Positions 48,541 through 59,347 of a stretch of 64,000 bases of DNA are shown here, piece by piece. Positions within the stretch are counted from its first letter, which is position 1. Every line of letters starts with the position of its first letter. Where the stretch lies: positions 55,218 to 119,217 of the forward strand of contig JBHLMN010000005.1 of assembly GCA_048938105.1 (NCBI GenBank), read 5' to 3'. The notes under the pieces are model-generated. The model did no database searches. It was not told the origin of the DNA and saw only the letters and a program-made list of their open reading frames with translations. This DNA is from Promethearchaeota archaeon (GTDB lineage Archaea > Asgardarchaeota > Heimdallarchaeia > Hodarchaeales > Hodarchaeaceae). A program made the translations under genes and the position numbers.

Positions 48541-49746
48541 TTGGGTATTAAATTGACAAATTCTAAAAATTCTACAAATAGAGGCATAGATCAATTCGGT
48601 TATTCAGGTATTCTTGTTGAACTCGAAAATTTGGCGAAAGAAAAGCCTAATTATTTACACCTTTCAAATTGTGATCCACCAGCGTACGGATATACGCTTG
48701 ATAAGTCAGTTCTAGATCAAATAGATCAACTCCAACTCTCCCAATATACAGGATATCCTAGTTGGAATGGAGATGAGGATCTTCGTGAAGCTATTAGTCA
48801 GCGGATTCACAAGATGTGTGGCGTTGAACTAGCTTCTCATAATATTGTTATGACGTATGGTGTCTCTGAATGCTTCCCTTTAACATTTGCAGCTCTTTTC
48901 CATCAAATCAAAGGAAGTATCGCAATTCCGGATCCATCATATATTCCGTTGATCGTACATGCAAGACGCTTTGGTAATGCCTGGTTTTACCACTGTGATG
49001 AAAAAGATGAATGGAATCCAGATTTAGATCAGTTAATCCATTCTCTTGAAAAATATCCTGACACAAAAGCGATTGTGATCATCACTCCCAACTCTCCTAC
49101 TGGTGCAGTTTATCCTGAAAAGATTCTTAAGGAGTTGATTAACATTGTTGGTCAATATAAACTTATTATAATCACAGATGAAATTTATGACTCCTTATCA
49201 TTTAACCACTTTTGTTCTCCCCTACAATTCGCCAATGAAGTTCCAGTAGTCTATTTAAATGGATTTAGTAAAGTTTATAGATTACCTGGGTATCGATTAG
49301 GGTATTTAGGGTGGTATGATCCCTCAGATAAGTATCCTGAATTTTGGGAATATGTAGAACAACTCTGTAAAGTACGTTTTGGAGTCACGTCCTTAGCTCA
49401 AGAAATAGCTAAACTCGCACTGCAAGAACCTGAAGAAACTCTTAACATGTATATCGAAAGTATAAAGACAAAACAGGCTTTAATAACAAAACATCTTCGA
49501 GAAATAGGAATAACGGTTGTTCCTGCTAGAGGAGGTACTTATGTGTTTCCTAAGATTAACATAAAAATCAACGATGAAAAAGTTGTGAGATATTTAATAC
49601 AGAATCATGGGATTTTGGTCACGCCTGGGTCTATGTACGGTCCAATTATTGCACCAGGACATTTACGATTTGTAACACTAGCATCTAACAGCTCTTTATT
49701 AAAAGGTGTTCAAGCTTTAAAAGAGACTCTGCAATTTTTAGGATAA
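48541..49746 (+). CDS. PLP-dependent aminotransferase class I/II
   Basis: PNSPTG, DEIY and GFSKVYRLPGYRLG. Confidence 0.92.
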   Translation: MGIKLTNSKNSTNRGIDQFGYSGILVELENLAKEKPNYLHLSNCDPPAYGYTLDKSVLDQIDQLQLSQYTGYPSWNGDEDLREAISQRIHKMCGVELASHNIVMTYGVSECFPLTFAALFHQIKGSIAIPDPSYIPLIVHARRFGNAWFYHCDEKDEWNPDLDQLIHSLEKYPDTKAIVIITPNSPTGAVYPEKILKELINIVGQYKLIIITDEIYDSLSFNHFCSPLQFANEVPVVYLNGFSKVYRLPGYRLGYLGWYDPSDKYPEFWEYVEQLCKVRFGVTSLAQEIAKLALQEPEETLNMYIESIKTKQALITKHLREIGITVVPARGGTYVFPKINIKINDEKVVRYLIQNHGILVTPGSMYGPIIAPGHLRFVTLASNSSLLKGVQALKETLQFLG

Positions 49747-49870
49747 TCAAAGAGAAGATACGAAATTCACAGTTTACTTTCTCCATTAATTGTTTTTAAT
49801 GAAGAAAAAGTAGAAATTCCAATGGAAAAATGATTTGCATAATATTATAATATATCAAACTCAATATTCT

Positions 49871-51604
49871 ATGAAAATGAATGAACTTACCTTTTATAGC
49901 CTATTATTAATGACTCTAATCAGAGGGGTAGGCGTTGCAATCACTTTCGACTTCTATCTAGAAATGCGAAAAGACAGACATCAGTTTTTGTTATTAGGAT
50001 GGATTTCATGGTTTTTTTCGGGTCTTATGCCCATTCTTTCAGATATTGGTGAAAATGAGGTTGTTGCTGAAAGTTTTCTTCTACTTAATTCTATTTTGAC
50101 TCCTTTAGGTGGATTATTTTTGATTGTTGGCATTATTCATTACTTTACGCAATTGAATCTAAAACAGCAGTTTTACATTCTAGGTGCCCCCTTTTTCCTC
50201 CATATTACTTTATTGCTTTTTTTAGATTTTCACTTAGCAGGTAGAATTGTCCTTCTTAGTTTCTACATATTAGCAGCAATTCTAATCTTTTTAGGCTTGA
50301 TTCACAGAAAAGAGCTTCAAACATATATTCGTGGTAGTATTAAATGGTTTTATGTTTCTGCGATTCTTTTTGTCATGTTATTATTTTGGATAGGAATTTT
50401 ACTGCTTAGTGGGGAATCATATGGGCTATATGACTCTACTAATTCAATCTTAATCATTTCTAATTATCTCATTGGGAATTCTTTCTCATTATGTGTACTG
50501 GTACTTTTTATACGTTCAGAACAAAGCTTGTCTTCAAGAGGATTACGTGAAAGCGAAGAACGATATAGAATGCTTTTTGAGACAACTCCTGTTTCGATTC
50601 TTCTCTCTGATAACGATGGAAATATATTAGAATTTAATCAGAAGTTCTTAGAAGAAACTGGCTATAATTCATTTGATATCCAGAACATTAAAGTTCGTGA
50701 TTTTTATTTTGATCTTAATGAAGGAAACATTTTAATAGAAAAAATACTCACTACTAATTCCATTAAAGATTATGAAATTCGTATTAAAAATAAAGACGGT
50801 ACAGCTAGATATGTTCTACTTAACATTGTTAGAATAGAATTAAGTGGAACCCCTGTTTTATATACAACAGCACTTGACATAACTGAGAGAAAAGAAGCGG
50901 AGAATGTCAGATTAGAATTAGAAAAGCAGCGAGAAGATTTCGTTACAATGGCTAGTCATGAACTTCGGACTCCATTAACTGTTCTAAGCGGATATTATGA
51001 TTTTCTTAGCTCTCATCTTGAGAACCTTTCTTTAGACCAAAAACAAGGAATTTTTCGCATAATCAAAAAAAATCTCGATAGATTGAATCGATTAAGTATA
51101 GAAGTAGGCAGTAGTTCATTAATTGAAAAAGAAAGTTTCCAATTGGTCAGATCTGACATTAATTTTCCTAAATTTATTGAACAAATATGCACACCTTACA
51201 AATATATCTTAAAAACAGGCTTTGAATTAAAGATTTATCAGGAAGAGGAAAAAGTTGTTATTCAAGGTGATAAAGAGCGATTACAACAGGCTTTCGATAA
51301 CATTATGGATAATGCCATAAAACAAACCGTAGAACAGAATCGAAAGATCGTTGTATCAATTTCAAACAACCCTAATGAAGTTATCTTGGCAATTAGCGAT
51401 AATGGTGTTGGGATCGAGCCTGAAAACTTAGAAAAAATCTTCAAGAAATTTGTCAGCATTGAAACAGAGACTAGAATTCCTGGTACAGGTTTAGGATTAT
51501 ATATTGCTCAAGAAATCGTAAGGGCTCATGGAGGGATTATTTCTGCAGAGAGTAAAGGGAAAAATCAAGGGGCAACATTTGTCATCCGTCTTCCTAGAAC
51601 CTGA
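49871..51604 (+). CDS. Multi-TM PAS sensor histidine kinase
   Basis: About 7 TM, a PAS domain (DITERK), SHELRTPL, DNAIK, DNGVG and GTGLGL. Confidence 0.92.
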   Translation: MKMNELTFYSLLLMTLIRGVGVAITFDFYLEMRKDRHQFLLLGWISWFFSGLMPILSDIGENEVVAESFLLLNSILTPLGGLFLIVGIIHYFTQLNLKQQFYILGAPFFLHITLLLFLDFHLAGRIVLLSFYILAAILIFLGLIHRKELQTYIRGSIKWFYVSAILFVMLLFWIGILLLSGESYGLYDSTNSILIISNYLIGNSFSLCVLVLFIRSEQSLSSRGLRESEERYRMLFETTPVSILLSDNDGNILEFNQKFLEETGYNSFDIQNIKVRDFYFDLNEGNILIEKILTTNSIKDYEIRIKNKDGTARYVLLNIVRIELSGTPVLYTTALDITERKEAENVRLELEKQREDFVTMASHELRTPLTVLSGYYDFLSSHLENLSLDQKQGIFRIIKKNLDRLNRLSIEVGSSSLIEKESFQLVRSDINFPKFIEQICTPYKYILKTGFELKIYQEEEKVVIQGDKERLQQAFDNIMDNAIKQTVEQNRKIVVSISNNPNEVILAISDNGVGIEPENLEKIFKKFVSIETETRIPGTGLGLYIAQEIVRAHGGIISAESKGKNQGATFVIRLPRT

Positions 51605-51605
51605 G

Positions 51606-52832
51606 TCAATTATTTGATTTTTCTCCATTTTTAACAAAGAAAACTGAAATAATGATCACTATTAAAGAGAAAAAAGCGGAAATAGCAAAATTAAATTTGA
51701 ATGTTTCTTGTAATCCAGCAAACATCCCTCCAAGAATCGAGCCCACTGCAAACCCAAGATTCTGACTTGCTCCAAAGATCCCCATAAACGTACCGCGCCT
51801 AGATTCTGAAATACGATCTGCTACGAGGGCTGGGCCCGCAATAAGGACTCCAACATAAACTGGCCATGTATAGGAGATTGCTGGGAGAATGAAATTGTTT
51901 GGCGATAAAATGAAACTTCCCCACACAAATAGGTATCCAATATAGCAGAGTATGAGTATTTCCTTGAATCCTCTTTTTTCCCCAATTTTTCCTGCATAAT
52001 GTGATGCTATTGTGCCTGTTAATGTTGCTGTCCCAAAAACAATTCCAATTAGTAATGCAGGAGCATGGAGTTCATCAAGAAAGTATATTGAGACAAACAT
52101 GCCTGAAAAACCGCTTTGAAAACCATGTAGGATAGTAATTATGAAAATTACAACAAGTGTTTTTTGACTAACAAGGATAGATATTATACTAGGGGAAGTA
52201 GAGGTGTTTATATGAGGATCATTCCCGTATAACTCCTTTTCAGGGGATTCTCGTAAATCATGAGAGAAAAAGGTAATTATTAAGCCAAAGATACATACGC
52301 TTAATGATAGAAAGAATAATATATTCATTCCTAAAGGTTCAAATAAAAATCCTGCCACTACAGTTCCAAAAAAGTATCCTAAGGATGTTGACGCTACTAA
52401 AGAACCAAAAATATCCTCTTTAGTCGTTAAACTAGCATATTTTAGAACAGCGGGAGAAAAACAGGCGAGTAAGCTATTGATAACTATATAATCAATGAAA
52501 AATAAGAAAGGATCCGTAATTACAATTACGGTTAAGAAAAAGACAAAAAAAATGAAAAAACCTGTTAACATCATTAATTTAGGTCCGATTTTATCGACAA
52601 TCCAGCCAAAGATGAAAATTGAAAATATCATCGAGATGAAAGGTAAACCATTAAGTAAGCCAGTAAGGAAATAATCTCCATTAGAAAGCTCAAAAAAGTA
52701 CGGACTGATGAAGGGTTGGACTAATCCCCAGGGGATCGTCCAGATTAGGTTCATTAATAATATTGACGCCACATTTCGATCTATTGAGCTAGGAAAATTA
52801 ATTGATCTCGTCATAGTTCTTATCAAACACAA
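51606..52832 (-). CDS. MFS transporter
   Basis: 12 TM; motif A GWIVDKIGPK and GKIGEKRG. Confidence 0.88.
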   Translation of the reverse strand: MCLIRTMTRSINFPSSIDRNVASILLMNLIWTIPWGLVQPFISPYFFELSNGDYFLTGLLNGLPFISMIFSIFIFGWIVDKIGPKLMMLTGFFIFFVFFLTVIVITDPFLFFIDYIVINSLLACFSPAVLKYASLTTKEDIFGSLVASTSLGYFFGTVVAGFLFEPLGMNILFFLSLSVCIFGLIITFFSHDLRESPEKELYGNDPHINTSTSPSIISILVSQKTLVVIFIITILHGFQSGFSGMFVSIYFLDELHAPALLIGIVFGTATLTGTIASHYAGKIGEKRGFKEILILCYIGYLFVWGSFILSPNNFILPAISYTWPVYVGVLIAGPALVADRISESRRGTFMGIFGASQNLGFAVGSILGGMFAGLQETFKFNFAISAFFSLIVIIISVFFVKNGEKSNN

Positions 52833-53124
52833 TTTTTGATTTAATTGAGTCTTCTCAAACTCATTTAATAAGCGAAATTATACTGGCAAGCCTTGAAGAA
52901 TTTAAAATTTTTAGATTTCTAATTTCTGTTTCCTTCTACTAATATTTGTAGTGATACTGAAATCGTCAGATAAGTCTTTTAAGAGGCTATTCTTCTTTAA
53001 ATGTTAACGTAATCTTTTCCTTCATAGAGAGAGGGAAGATATAAAAATTTTATATAGAATTAAACAATTCTCAAGAGAATTCCTTAGACAATATTACTTT
53101 CGATTTTAATGTTTAGTACTTTGA

Positions 53125-54963
53125 GTGATGAAGTTGTCAAAAAAGCTAGCTGAACTATTAGAAGTATTTGAGATTCCAGACCTTATCCTGCATGATGTGG
53201 CGAAATCAGGTTTATTTCTTTTAGTGATAAGTAATAAGAATGATGTCCACCAAGTATTTGAAGTTAATTTAAATGACTTAAATAATTGGATTAATCTTAC
53301 AAACGTAGGAGAACGTATTACAACAGGAGATTTATCCCCAGATGAGTCCAAATTTGTTTTTCCCAAAGAACAAGGGGGGAATGAGAAACATGATTTATTT
53401 ATAACCGATCTAAGGACAAAAAATTCTTCAGTATTATTGAAACTTGATTCAATAAGAGTATTCACCCCAAAATGGAGTCCTGATGGGCAAATTGTACTCT
53501 TTGATGGATCATCCGAGAAGGATATCCGCTTATGGAGATATGTACTTGCTACGGAAACATTGGATACTGTGTATCAAACAAAGCAATTACCTTTGGGATT
53601 TTTTCAAGTAAATCCACGAGATCCCATAGTTTCTTGGGGTGAAATCAAAGCAGATAATCCTACTGCTTCAAAAATTAAGATAATCAACTATCAAACTGGG
53701 GAAATAGAAGCTGAAATTCAGGCCTCAAATAACAGTATGGATTATTCAATTGCATGGAGTGAAGACGGAAAAAAGTTATTATTTTCAACAAATGCTCCTG
53801 GAGATCCGACATTAGCAGTATGGCGGAGTCTTGATAATTCTATCACTTATTTACAAAGCACAAAGTTAAGCCTCGGAATCGATTATACTTCTGCTGTTTG
53901 GGTTCCAGGTAAAGAAGAAATAGTATATGCTGCTAAGAAGAATGGATCTACAAAGCTTTACATAGAGAATTGGGAGAATGAAGAACCACCACAGGAGCTT
54001 CCCATTCTAGATGGTTGGATTGAACCAATTCGATCAGTGAGAGGAAACTCAGAGATGATTTATTTAGCTTGGTCAAATTTAGGGACACCAACCCGAATTT
54101 TTGAATATAATATATCGAATAAAGACTTTAGAGTGCTTATTGACAGTAAATCACAAAGTCTTTCTCACCCATTGTCTTCAGGTGAGTTTTTTAAATATCC
54201 CACTTTTGACTCAAGAGATATCCCAGCATTCTTAGTTTCTCCATCTGTTGATCGTCAATTACCTGGCAATCCCTGTATAGTGCTCATACATGGAGGCCCA
54301 TCATGGGAATTTTCTCAAGACTGGCAAGCTATGGGGAACATTATCCAATTATATGCAGGAGCTGGATTTACTGTCCTATGTCCGAACATTCGAGGTAGTA
54401 CAGGTTACGGAAAGGAATTTTTAGAGTTAAATTTGGGAGATCTTGGAGGAGATGACTTGAAAGATGTACTTTACGCCCGTGATTACCTATTAAAAGCATA
54501 TCCGGAGGGTAAAGCGATATTCCTCACTGGTGCAAGTTATGGTGGCTTTATGACATTTCTAACTATGACAAAACATCCTAGTCTGTTTAATGCTGGCGCA
54601 GCGATTGTTGGTATAACAGATTGGTTCGAAATGCACAGATTAGGAGACCAAGTATTTAAAAAATTTACTGAACGGTGTTTCCTTGGTTCCCCTGAAGAAA
54701 AAGCAGAGTTATATGAGGATAGATCAGCAATTAATTTTGTAGAAAATCTAGTAGATCCCCTCTATATCGTTCATAGAGCGAATGATTCTCGTTGTCCCAT
54801 TGAACCTATCTATACTTTTATTGGGAAAGGAATATCATTGAAGAAAGATGTGGAAATTTATGTGGAAAGAGAAGCTGGCCATGGACTTCAGAGGGCTAAG
54901 GATCTTAAGAGACAATATGGGGGTGTAGTAGAATTTTTCTTAAGGATCTTGGAGAAAACTTGA
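53125..54963 (+). CDS. S9 family peptidase (acylaminoacyl peptidase-like)
   Basis: Beta-propeller, HGGP, NIRGSTGYG, GASYGG, NDSRC and AGHG. Confidence 0.92.
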   Translation: MMKLSKKLAELLEVFEIPDLILHDVAKSGLFLLVISNKNDVHQVFEVNLNDLNNWINLTNVGERITTGDLSPDESKFVFPKEQGGNEKHDLFITDLRTKNSSVLLKLDSIRVFTPKWSPDGQIVLFDGSSEKDIRLWRYVLATETLDTVYQTKQLPLGFFQVNPRDPIVSWGEIKADNPTASKIKIINYQTGEIEAEIQASNNSMDYSIAWSEDGKKLLFSTNAPGDPTLAVWRSLDNSITYLQSTKLSLGIDYTSAVWVPGKEEIVYAAKKNGSTKLYIENWENEEPPQELPILDGWIEPIRSVRGNSEMIYLAWSNLGTPTRIFEYNISNKDFRVLIDSKSQSLSHPLSSGEFFKYPTFDSRDIPAFLVSPSVDRQLPGNPCIVLIHGGPSWEFSQDWQAMGNIIQLYAGAGFTVLCPNIRGSTGYGKEFLELNLGDLGGDDLKDVLYARDYLLKAYPEGKAIFLTGASYGGFMTFLTMTKHPSLFNAGAAIVGITDWFEMHRLGDQVFKKFTERCFLGSPEEKAELYEDRSAINFVENLVDPLYIVHRANDSRCPIEPIYTFIGKGISLKKDVEIYVEREAGHGLQRAKDLKRQYGGVVEFFLRILEKT

Positions 54964-55082
54964 ATCATCCTCAAAGCCAAGGAAGCAGAATATCCCCTCT
55001 TTTGGGGTGAGATGGGCCAAAAGATAATAGCATTAAATTGATCAGTCAAATGTCTATAGAATGACAAATAGGATTTGAAGAT

Positions 55083-55715
55083 ATGTCACTTGCAAAAAAA
55101 ATTGTTTTATGGGCTGATAAGCTTCGGGATATCTCCGCTCTAGGTCAGGAATTTTCAACTGATTTTTATGATCAAGAAAGATATCGAAAGATCCAAGAAA
55201 TTGTAACAGAAATGCTTGCATTTACCTTGAACGTGTCGGATTCAGAGTTAGAACAAATTAAAGTTCCCTATTTATCGCGTCCTACTCCATTAGTAGGGGG
55301 TGATGGAGCTGTTATTGACAATGAGGGCAGAATTCTGTTAATTCAAAGATCAGATAATAAGATGTGGGCAATGCCTGGTGGGTTATTTGAAGTAGGAGAG
55401 ACTCCAGCTGAAGGGGTATTAAGAGAGGTTCTCGAAGAAACAGGGGTGAGAACTAAAGTTGTTGCTCTGATTGGAATCTTTGATTCTAGATTGTGTGGTA
55501 CTACCTTTCCCCTTCATTTGTATCATTTTATGTTTTTATGTAGGCCATGTCTAGATGAAGAATCTCTCGTTCCCTCTCATAAACATGAATTAGTGGACAT
55601 GAAATGGTTTTACAGGCATACTTTACCACTAAATATAGATTTTGGCCATGTTTCACGCATACCTGAAGCGTTTCGTGTTTGGGAGGGTGATTCCAAGGCT
55701 TATTTTGATGAATAG
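55083..55715 (+). CDS. Nudix hydrolase with N-terminal Nudix_N domain
   Basis: PGG-x2-EVGE-x7-REVLEETG and YDQERY. Confidence 0.92.
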   Translation: MSLAKKIVLWADKLRDISALGQEFSTDFYDQERYRKIQEIVTEMLAFTLNVSDSELEQIKVPYLSRPTPLVGGDGAVIDNEGRILLIQRSDNKMWAMPGGLFEVGETPAEGVLREVLEETGVRTKVVALIGIFDSRLCGTTFPLHLYHFMFLCRPCLDEESLVPSHKHELVDMKWFYRHTLPLNIDFGHVSRIPEAFRVWEGDSKAYFDE

Positions 55716-56035
55716 AGGATGAAGATACTTGGTAACTGGAAATGAACAGTTGATAAAGATTTTATGTGAGAATAGAATTTTTAGATAAAACAAGAGGAAT
55801 AGATATTTGTAACGATTATAATGCGAAATTGATCAAAGGAAAAAATATCTATCCAAAAATCCGAAATTACTGTTGTTCATCAGGATATTGTGCAATTAAA
55901 AGGACAATCGAGATGAAATTTAATTCAAACAGTAAACTAATTTTCTTAAATAAGTGGAAATCTAGATTTTAAGATTCAGGGAGAATTGATAAATTCCCTA
56001 GCTCTAATAAAATAGTTAGATCAGGTTGCCTGCTT

Positions 56036-56821
56036 ATGGAATACAAGTTTGACCACGATGTGCATGTGGAGCGTACAGGAGAGAATCGATTTGAAACAGA
56101 AATTTCCAGGGACTGGAACATCATTGCTCCGAATGGGGGATACTTGATGGCAATAGCGGGTAATGTTATTACAAGAGTCTCTGATTACCAGATTCCTTTG
56201 TCAATGACTGCTTACTATCACAAACCAGCATCTCCTGGTCATGCTGAACTGGTTCTTGATCGGATTATAAAGAGTAAGAGGATAATTACTACGAAGATTA
56301 CAATGATTCAGAAAAGAAAGGTAATTATTACTTACACGGGAATGTTCACACAGAAGGATGCATTTAATGGAATGACTCTGGTTCAGAAACAACCTATGTT
56401 ACCTGATCCGTCTGTGTGTATAGAGATCCCTACTTCCCCTCTATCTTTTTTCAAAAGAGTGAGCTTATCACTTCCCCCTGATCAGATGGACTGGCTGCAA
56501 GGAGTAGAAGGGAAAGAAACTCTATTTTCTGGTTATTTTAGTTTCAAGGATAATCGTCCACTGGATGCATTGTCGGTCTTATTGTTCGTGGATGCAACCC
56601 CTCCTCCCATTTTGCGTAAAACAGGTCCTCTAGTATGGGTACCAACAATTGAGCTAACAGTTCAAGTTAGAAATATCCCCACAGGTAATTCTTTGGGGTT
56701 TGTTTCGACAAGTCGTTTTACTACCAATGGACTTACGGAAACAGATATTGAGCTTTGGACTGAAGAAGGAAATATAGTTGCTCTCGGTAGACAACTTGCT
56801 TTTATTAAGGAAAATGTCTAG
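56036..56821 (+). CDS. Acyl-CoA thioesterase, double hot-dog (TesB-like)
   Basis: PNGGY, DATPP and WVPTIELTV. Confidence 0.88.
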   Translation: MEYKFDHDVHVERTGENRFETEISRDWNIIAPNGGYLMAIAGNVITRVSDYQIPLSMTAYYHKPASPGHAELVLDRIIKSKRIITTKITMIQKRKVIITYTGMFTQKDAFNGMTLVQKQPMLPDPSVCIEIPTSPLSFFKRVSLSLPPDQMDWLQGVEGKETLFSGYFSFKDNRPLDALSVLLFVDATPPPILRKTGPLVWVPTIELTVQVRNIPTGNSLGFVSTSRFTTNGLTETDIELWTEEGNIVALGRQLAFIKENV

Positions 56822-57078
56822 TTATTATGAATCAAAGAAAATTCTCGCATTTTGTGTCTCCTCTCCTTTTGTCACTGTTCTTCTCAGTAACAATTATTGA
56901 TTTTCCAGCCGGGGAACTGTAGAATTTATGAAAGGAAATATTTTATATAACTGAAGGCTTTTTTGGGCTTATTTTGATAAATAGAGGGTAGTTATGGGAA
57001 AAAATGAGGATTCTTCCTTAATAGGAATGTTTTTTAAGGATAATCAATATTTATCTATTTAAATTAGACAAATATTAT

Positions 57079-57729
57079 TTGGTGCTTATCTTGCGAACAT
57101 GGAAACCAAATTATCAGCAATTCCAAGAACTGTTCGCAAATGATTATTGTCTGAAAATATTAACTTTGATAGCTCAAAAAGGTCAATCAGAAGAGCCTCT
57201 ATGTGCTAACGATATAGCTAAGATTCTTGATATTCATATTTCGACTGCAACAAAATATTTAGATCTCTTATACAGTCATGGGTTTGTTGATAAAAATCAA
57301 TTCCTTAATAAGCCTGGAAAACCAACTTACTATAAATTAAGGAGCTATAATATCTCAATCAATATAGATTTACTCTTTATGAATCAGACTTTACAAAACC
57401 TCTCTGATATAGGATCTATACCGAATCCTCTCTTCCGAGAGAAAGCTAATTTACCTCCTCGTGTTGAGTACACTTATGATGATGAACAGATTATCAGTGA
57501 AATTGTAATCAAGAAAAGAACGAAAGCTAGACGAATTATAAAGCGTAAATTTACTCTTTCTAAAACTGAAAGTAATTTTATGAAGTACATTCCACATCCA
57601 ACGATGAAAACAGAACATTTTCTTGAAGTTTGCACTAAGGCTGGCATTAATGATTATTTTACTCTAAAAGAAATGTATAGCTTCCTTCAGAAGTTAGAAA
57701 AGTACCAAATAATTGAGTTAGAGAAATAG
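57079..57729 (+). CDS. Winged-helix (ArsR-like) transcriptional regulator
   Basis: ANDIAKILDIHISTATKYLDLL. Confidence 0.8.
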   Translation: MVLILRTWKPNYQQFQELFANDYCLKILTLIAQKGQSEEPLCANDIAKILDIHISTATKYLDLLYSHGFVDKNQFLNKPGKPTYYKLRSYNISINIDLLFMNQTLQNLSDIGSIPNPLFREKANLPPRVEYTYDDEQIISEIVIKKRTKARRIIKRKFTLSKTESNFMKYIPHPTMKTEHFLEVCTKAGINDYFTLKEMYSFLQKLEKYQIIELEK

Positions 57730-57742
57730 AGAGGATAATAGA

Positions 57743-58759
57743 ATGAATGAAACATATATCGATAGGAATAGAAAAGAATTGATTTTGAAACGATTAAAAG
57801 AATTCAAGAGAAAACAAAGAAGACAAGCATATATTGTTACTACATTTTGGTTCTTGCTAGTAGCTGGATTTACGATAGTGATTTCTTCTTTTTTCCAATT
57901 TCATGAGGCCCCAGTACGAAATATGATCGTTTCTTTCTTGTGCGGGATAGTCCTAGTAAATTGGATTTATTTTATTCCTTTTTTGGGTATTCTTATTATT
58001 ATAACTATTAGAACGAGAAGTCGAAACTTCTTTTATCAACTCTTACCCAATCTTGGCCTCTTAGTAATCATAACGATAGCTGCATTGAGTAATTTCATTG
58101 AATTCAAAGAAGATTTCCTTACATTCCTTTTTATTGTAGTATTACTAGTAATTGTCGTCTTGGAATGTGTCTTTCTACGATTAGTTATCAAAGGTGCAAG
58201 AGAGAATAAAAAGCCCCTTTTCCTGTGGAATTTCTTTCAAGATTCCTTTGAAGCCTATAGTTCAACCATTGTGTCTCAACAAGCGTTACTAATCGATGAA
58301 GTTCAAAATGGTTATTCACAACGGCCCTTTTTTACTGATTTTCCCGAAATCACTCAATATTGCTCCTCTTTGACGAAGTTCGAATCAAAGATCCTAGGAT
58401 ACATTCATTTTTTAACTGAAAGAAGTGAACTTATCGGTTGGGAAATTAGGGAAAACTCGGTCACCCTCTACCCAAGAATGTTAATGGGCAATCCTGACCT
58501 TGGTTTGGGCATTAAATACCTCTGGGTTCTTTTCTTTAAGATAATAAAAAAAGATGGATTAACAGCGATCACTATTAATTATAATTCTCAAGAACTCTCT
58601 CTAAGGATTGCAAAGCAGGACTATGACATATTGAATGATGTAACATATCATTTATTAGGTCAATTATTATTAGAGCGTTTTAAACAGTCAATTATAGCCT
58701 TTCTCGAGGACGATTACGAGAAGGTATATTCAATCCTTTTCCCACTGAAAGGGTCATGA
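57743..58759 (+). CDS. Membrane protein (4 TM plus soluble C-domain)
   Basis: Hydropathy; GAGG SD; lies 13 bp after the wHTH gene. Confidence 0.7.
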   Translation: MNETYIDRNRKELILKRLKEFKRKQRRQAYIVTTFWFLLVAGFTIVISSFFQFHEAPVRNMIVSFLCGIVLVNWIYFIPFLGILIIITIRTRSRNFFYQLLPNLGLLVIITIAALSNFIEFKEDFLTFLFIVVLLVIVVLECVFLRLVIKGARENKKPLFLWNFFQDSFEAYSSTIVSQQALLIDEVQNGYSQRPFFTDFPEITQYCSSLTKFESKILGYIHFLTERSELIGWEIRENSVTLYPRMLMGNPDLGLGIKYLWVLFFKIIKKDGLTAITINYNSQELSLRIAKQDYDILNDVTYHLLGQLLLERFKQSIIAFLEDDYEKVYSILFPLKGS

Positions 58760-58919
58760 AGCTAAAAACGGTTTTTAAAGCATCCTTTGACATTTTGATC
58801 ATTAGGTGATCGAGATTGGGGGATTGAGATCATTTTGACGGGTCAACGATAGCAGAGAAAAAAAGAGAACATTATCTTTCGTCAAGACCGTTCTTGATTG
58901 AATTTTTAATCATCGAATA

Positions 58920-58943
58920 TTCGGAATTCGAACACTTTATAAG
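58920..58943 (+). promoter_or_regulatory. Palindrome TTCG-N5-CGAA directly upstream of TATA box TTTATAAG (padR promoter)
   Basis: The same motif and spacing recur at 60374-60397. Confidence 0.55.
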
Positions 58944-58972
58944 TCTAAGAATAGACTAGATAAGCGGTTTGA

Positions 58973-59344
58973 ATGGTTCAGAGTGAATCCCCTCGGGAAT
59001 ACAATCCGTATTTAGGAAAGGAATTGTCGACATTACTGATTCTATCTGTATTGAATTCAAAGAAAAGTTCGAGTACTTATGATCTGATTAAAGATATAAA
59101 GATAAAGACTAACAATAAGATTTCCCTCCGAGCAGGCACTATATATCCTCATATGGTAAAGTTAGAATCGTTAGGAATATTACAGAAAAGTATAGAAGAT
59201 ACTCCTTCACGTTCTGTGGGTGTTACTCGACAAAAATCCGTTTATTCACTGACTCAAAAAGGTCTAGAGGTTTTAAACAATAAGATGAGAGATTGGAAAG
59301 ATCTTCAGATAATCATCAACCAACTGTTAACAAGTGAGGAATAA
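58973..59344 (+). CDS. PadR family transcriptional regulator
   Basis: GTIYPHMVKLE and YSLTQKG...W. Confidence 0.9.
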   Translation: MVQSESPREYNPYLGKELSTLLILSVLNSKKSSSTYDLIKDIKIKTNNKISLRAGTIYPHMVKLESLGILQKSIEDTPSRSVGVTRQKSVYSLTQKGLEVLNNKMRDWKDLQIIINQLLTSEE

Positions 59345-59347
59345 AAA

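Noticed and set aside
54965-55020. Possible further IS605 end (CCAAGGAAG...ATCCCCTCTTTTTGGGGTGAGATG)
   Set aside because: The stem is only 4-5 bp and the guide spacing does not fit; it could be a terminator-like element.
55766-55972. 68-aa ORF or gene relic
   Set aside because: No SD, motif or recognisable homology.
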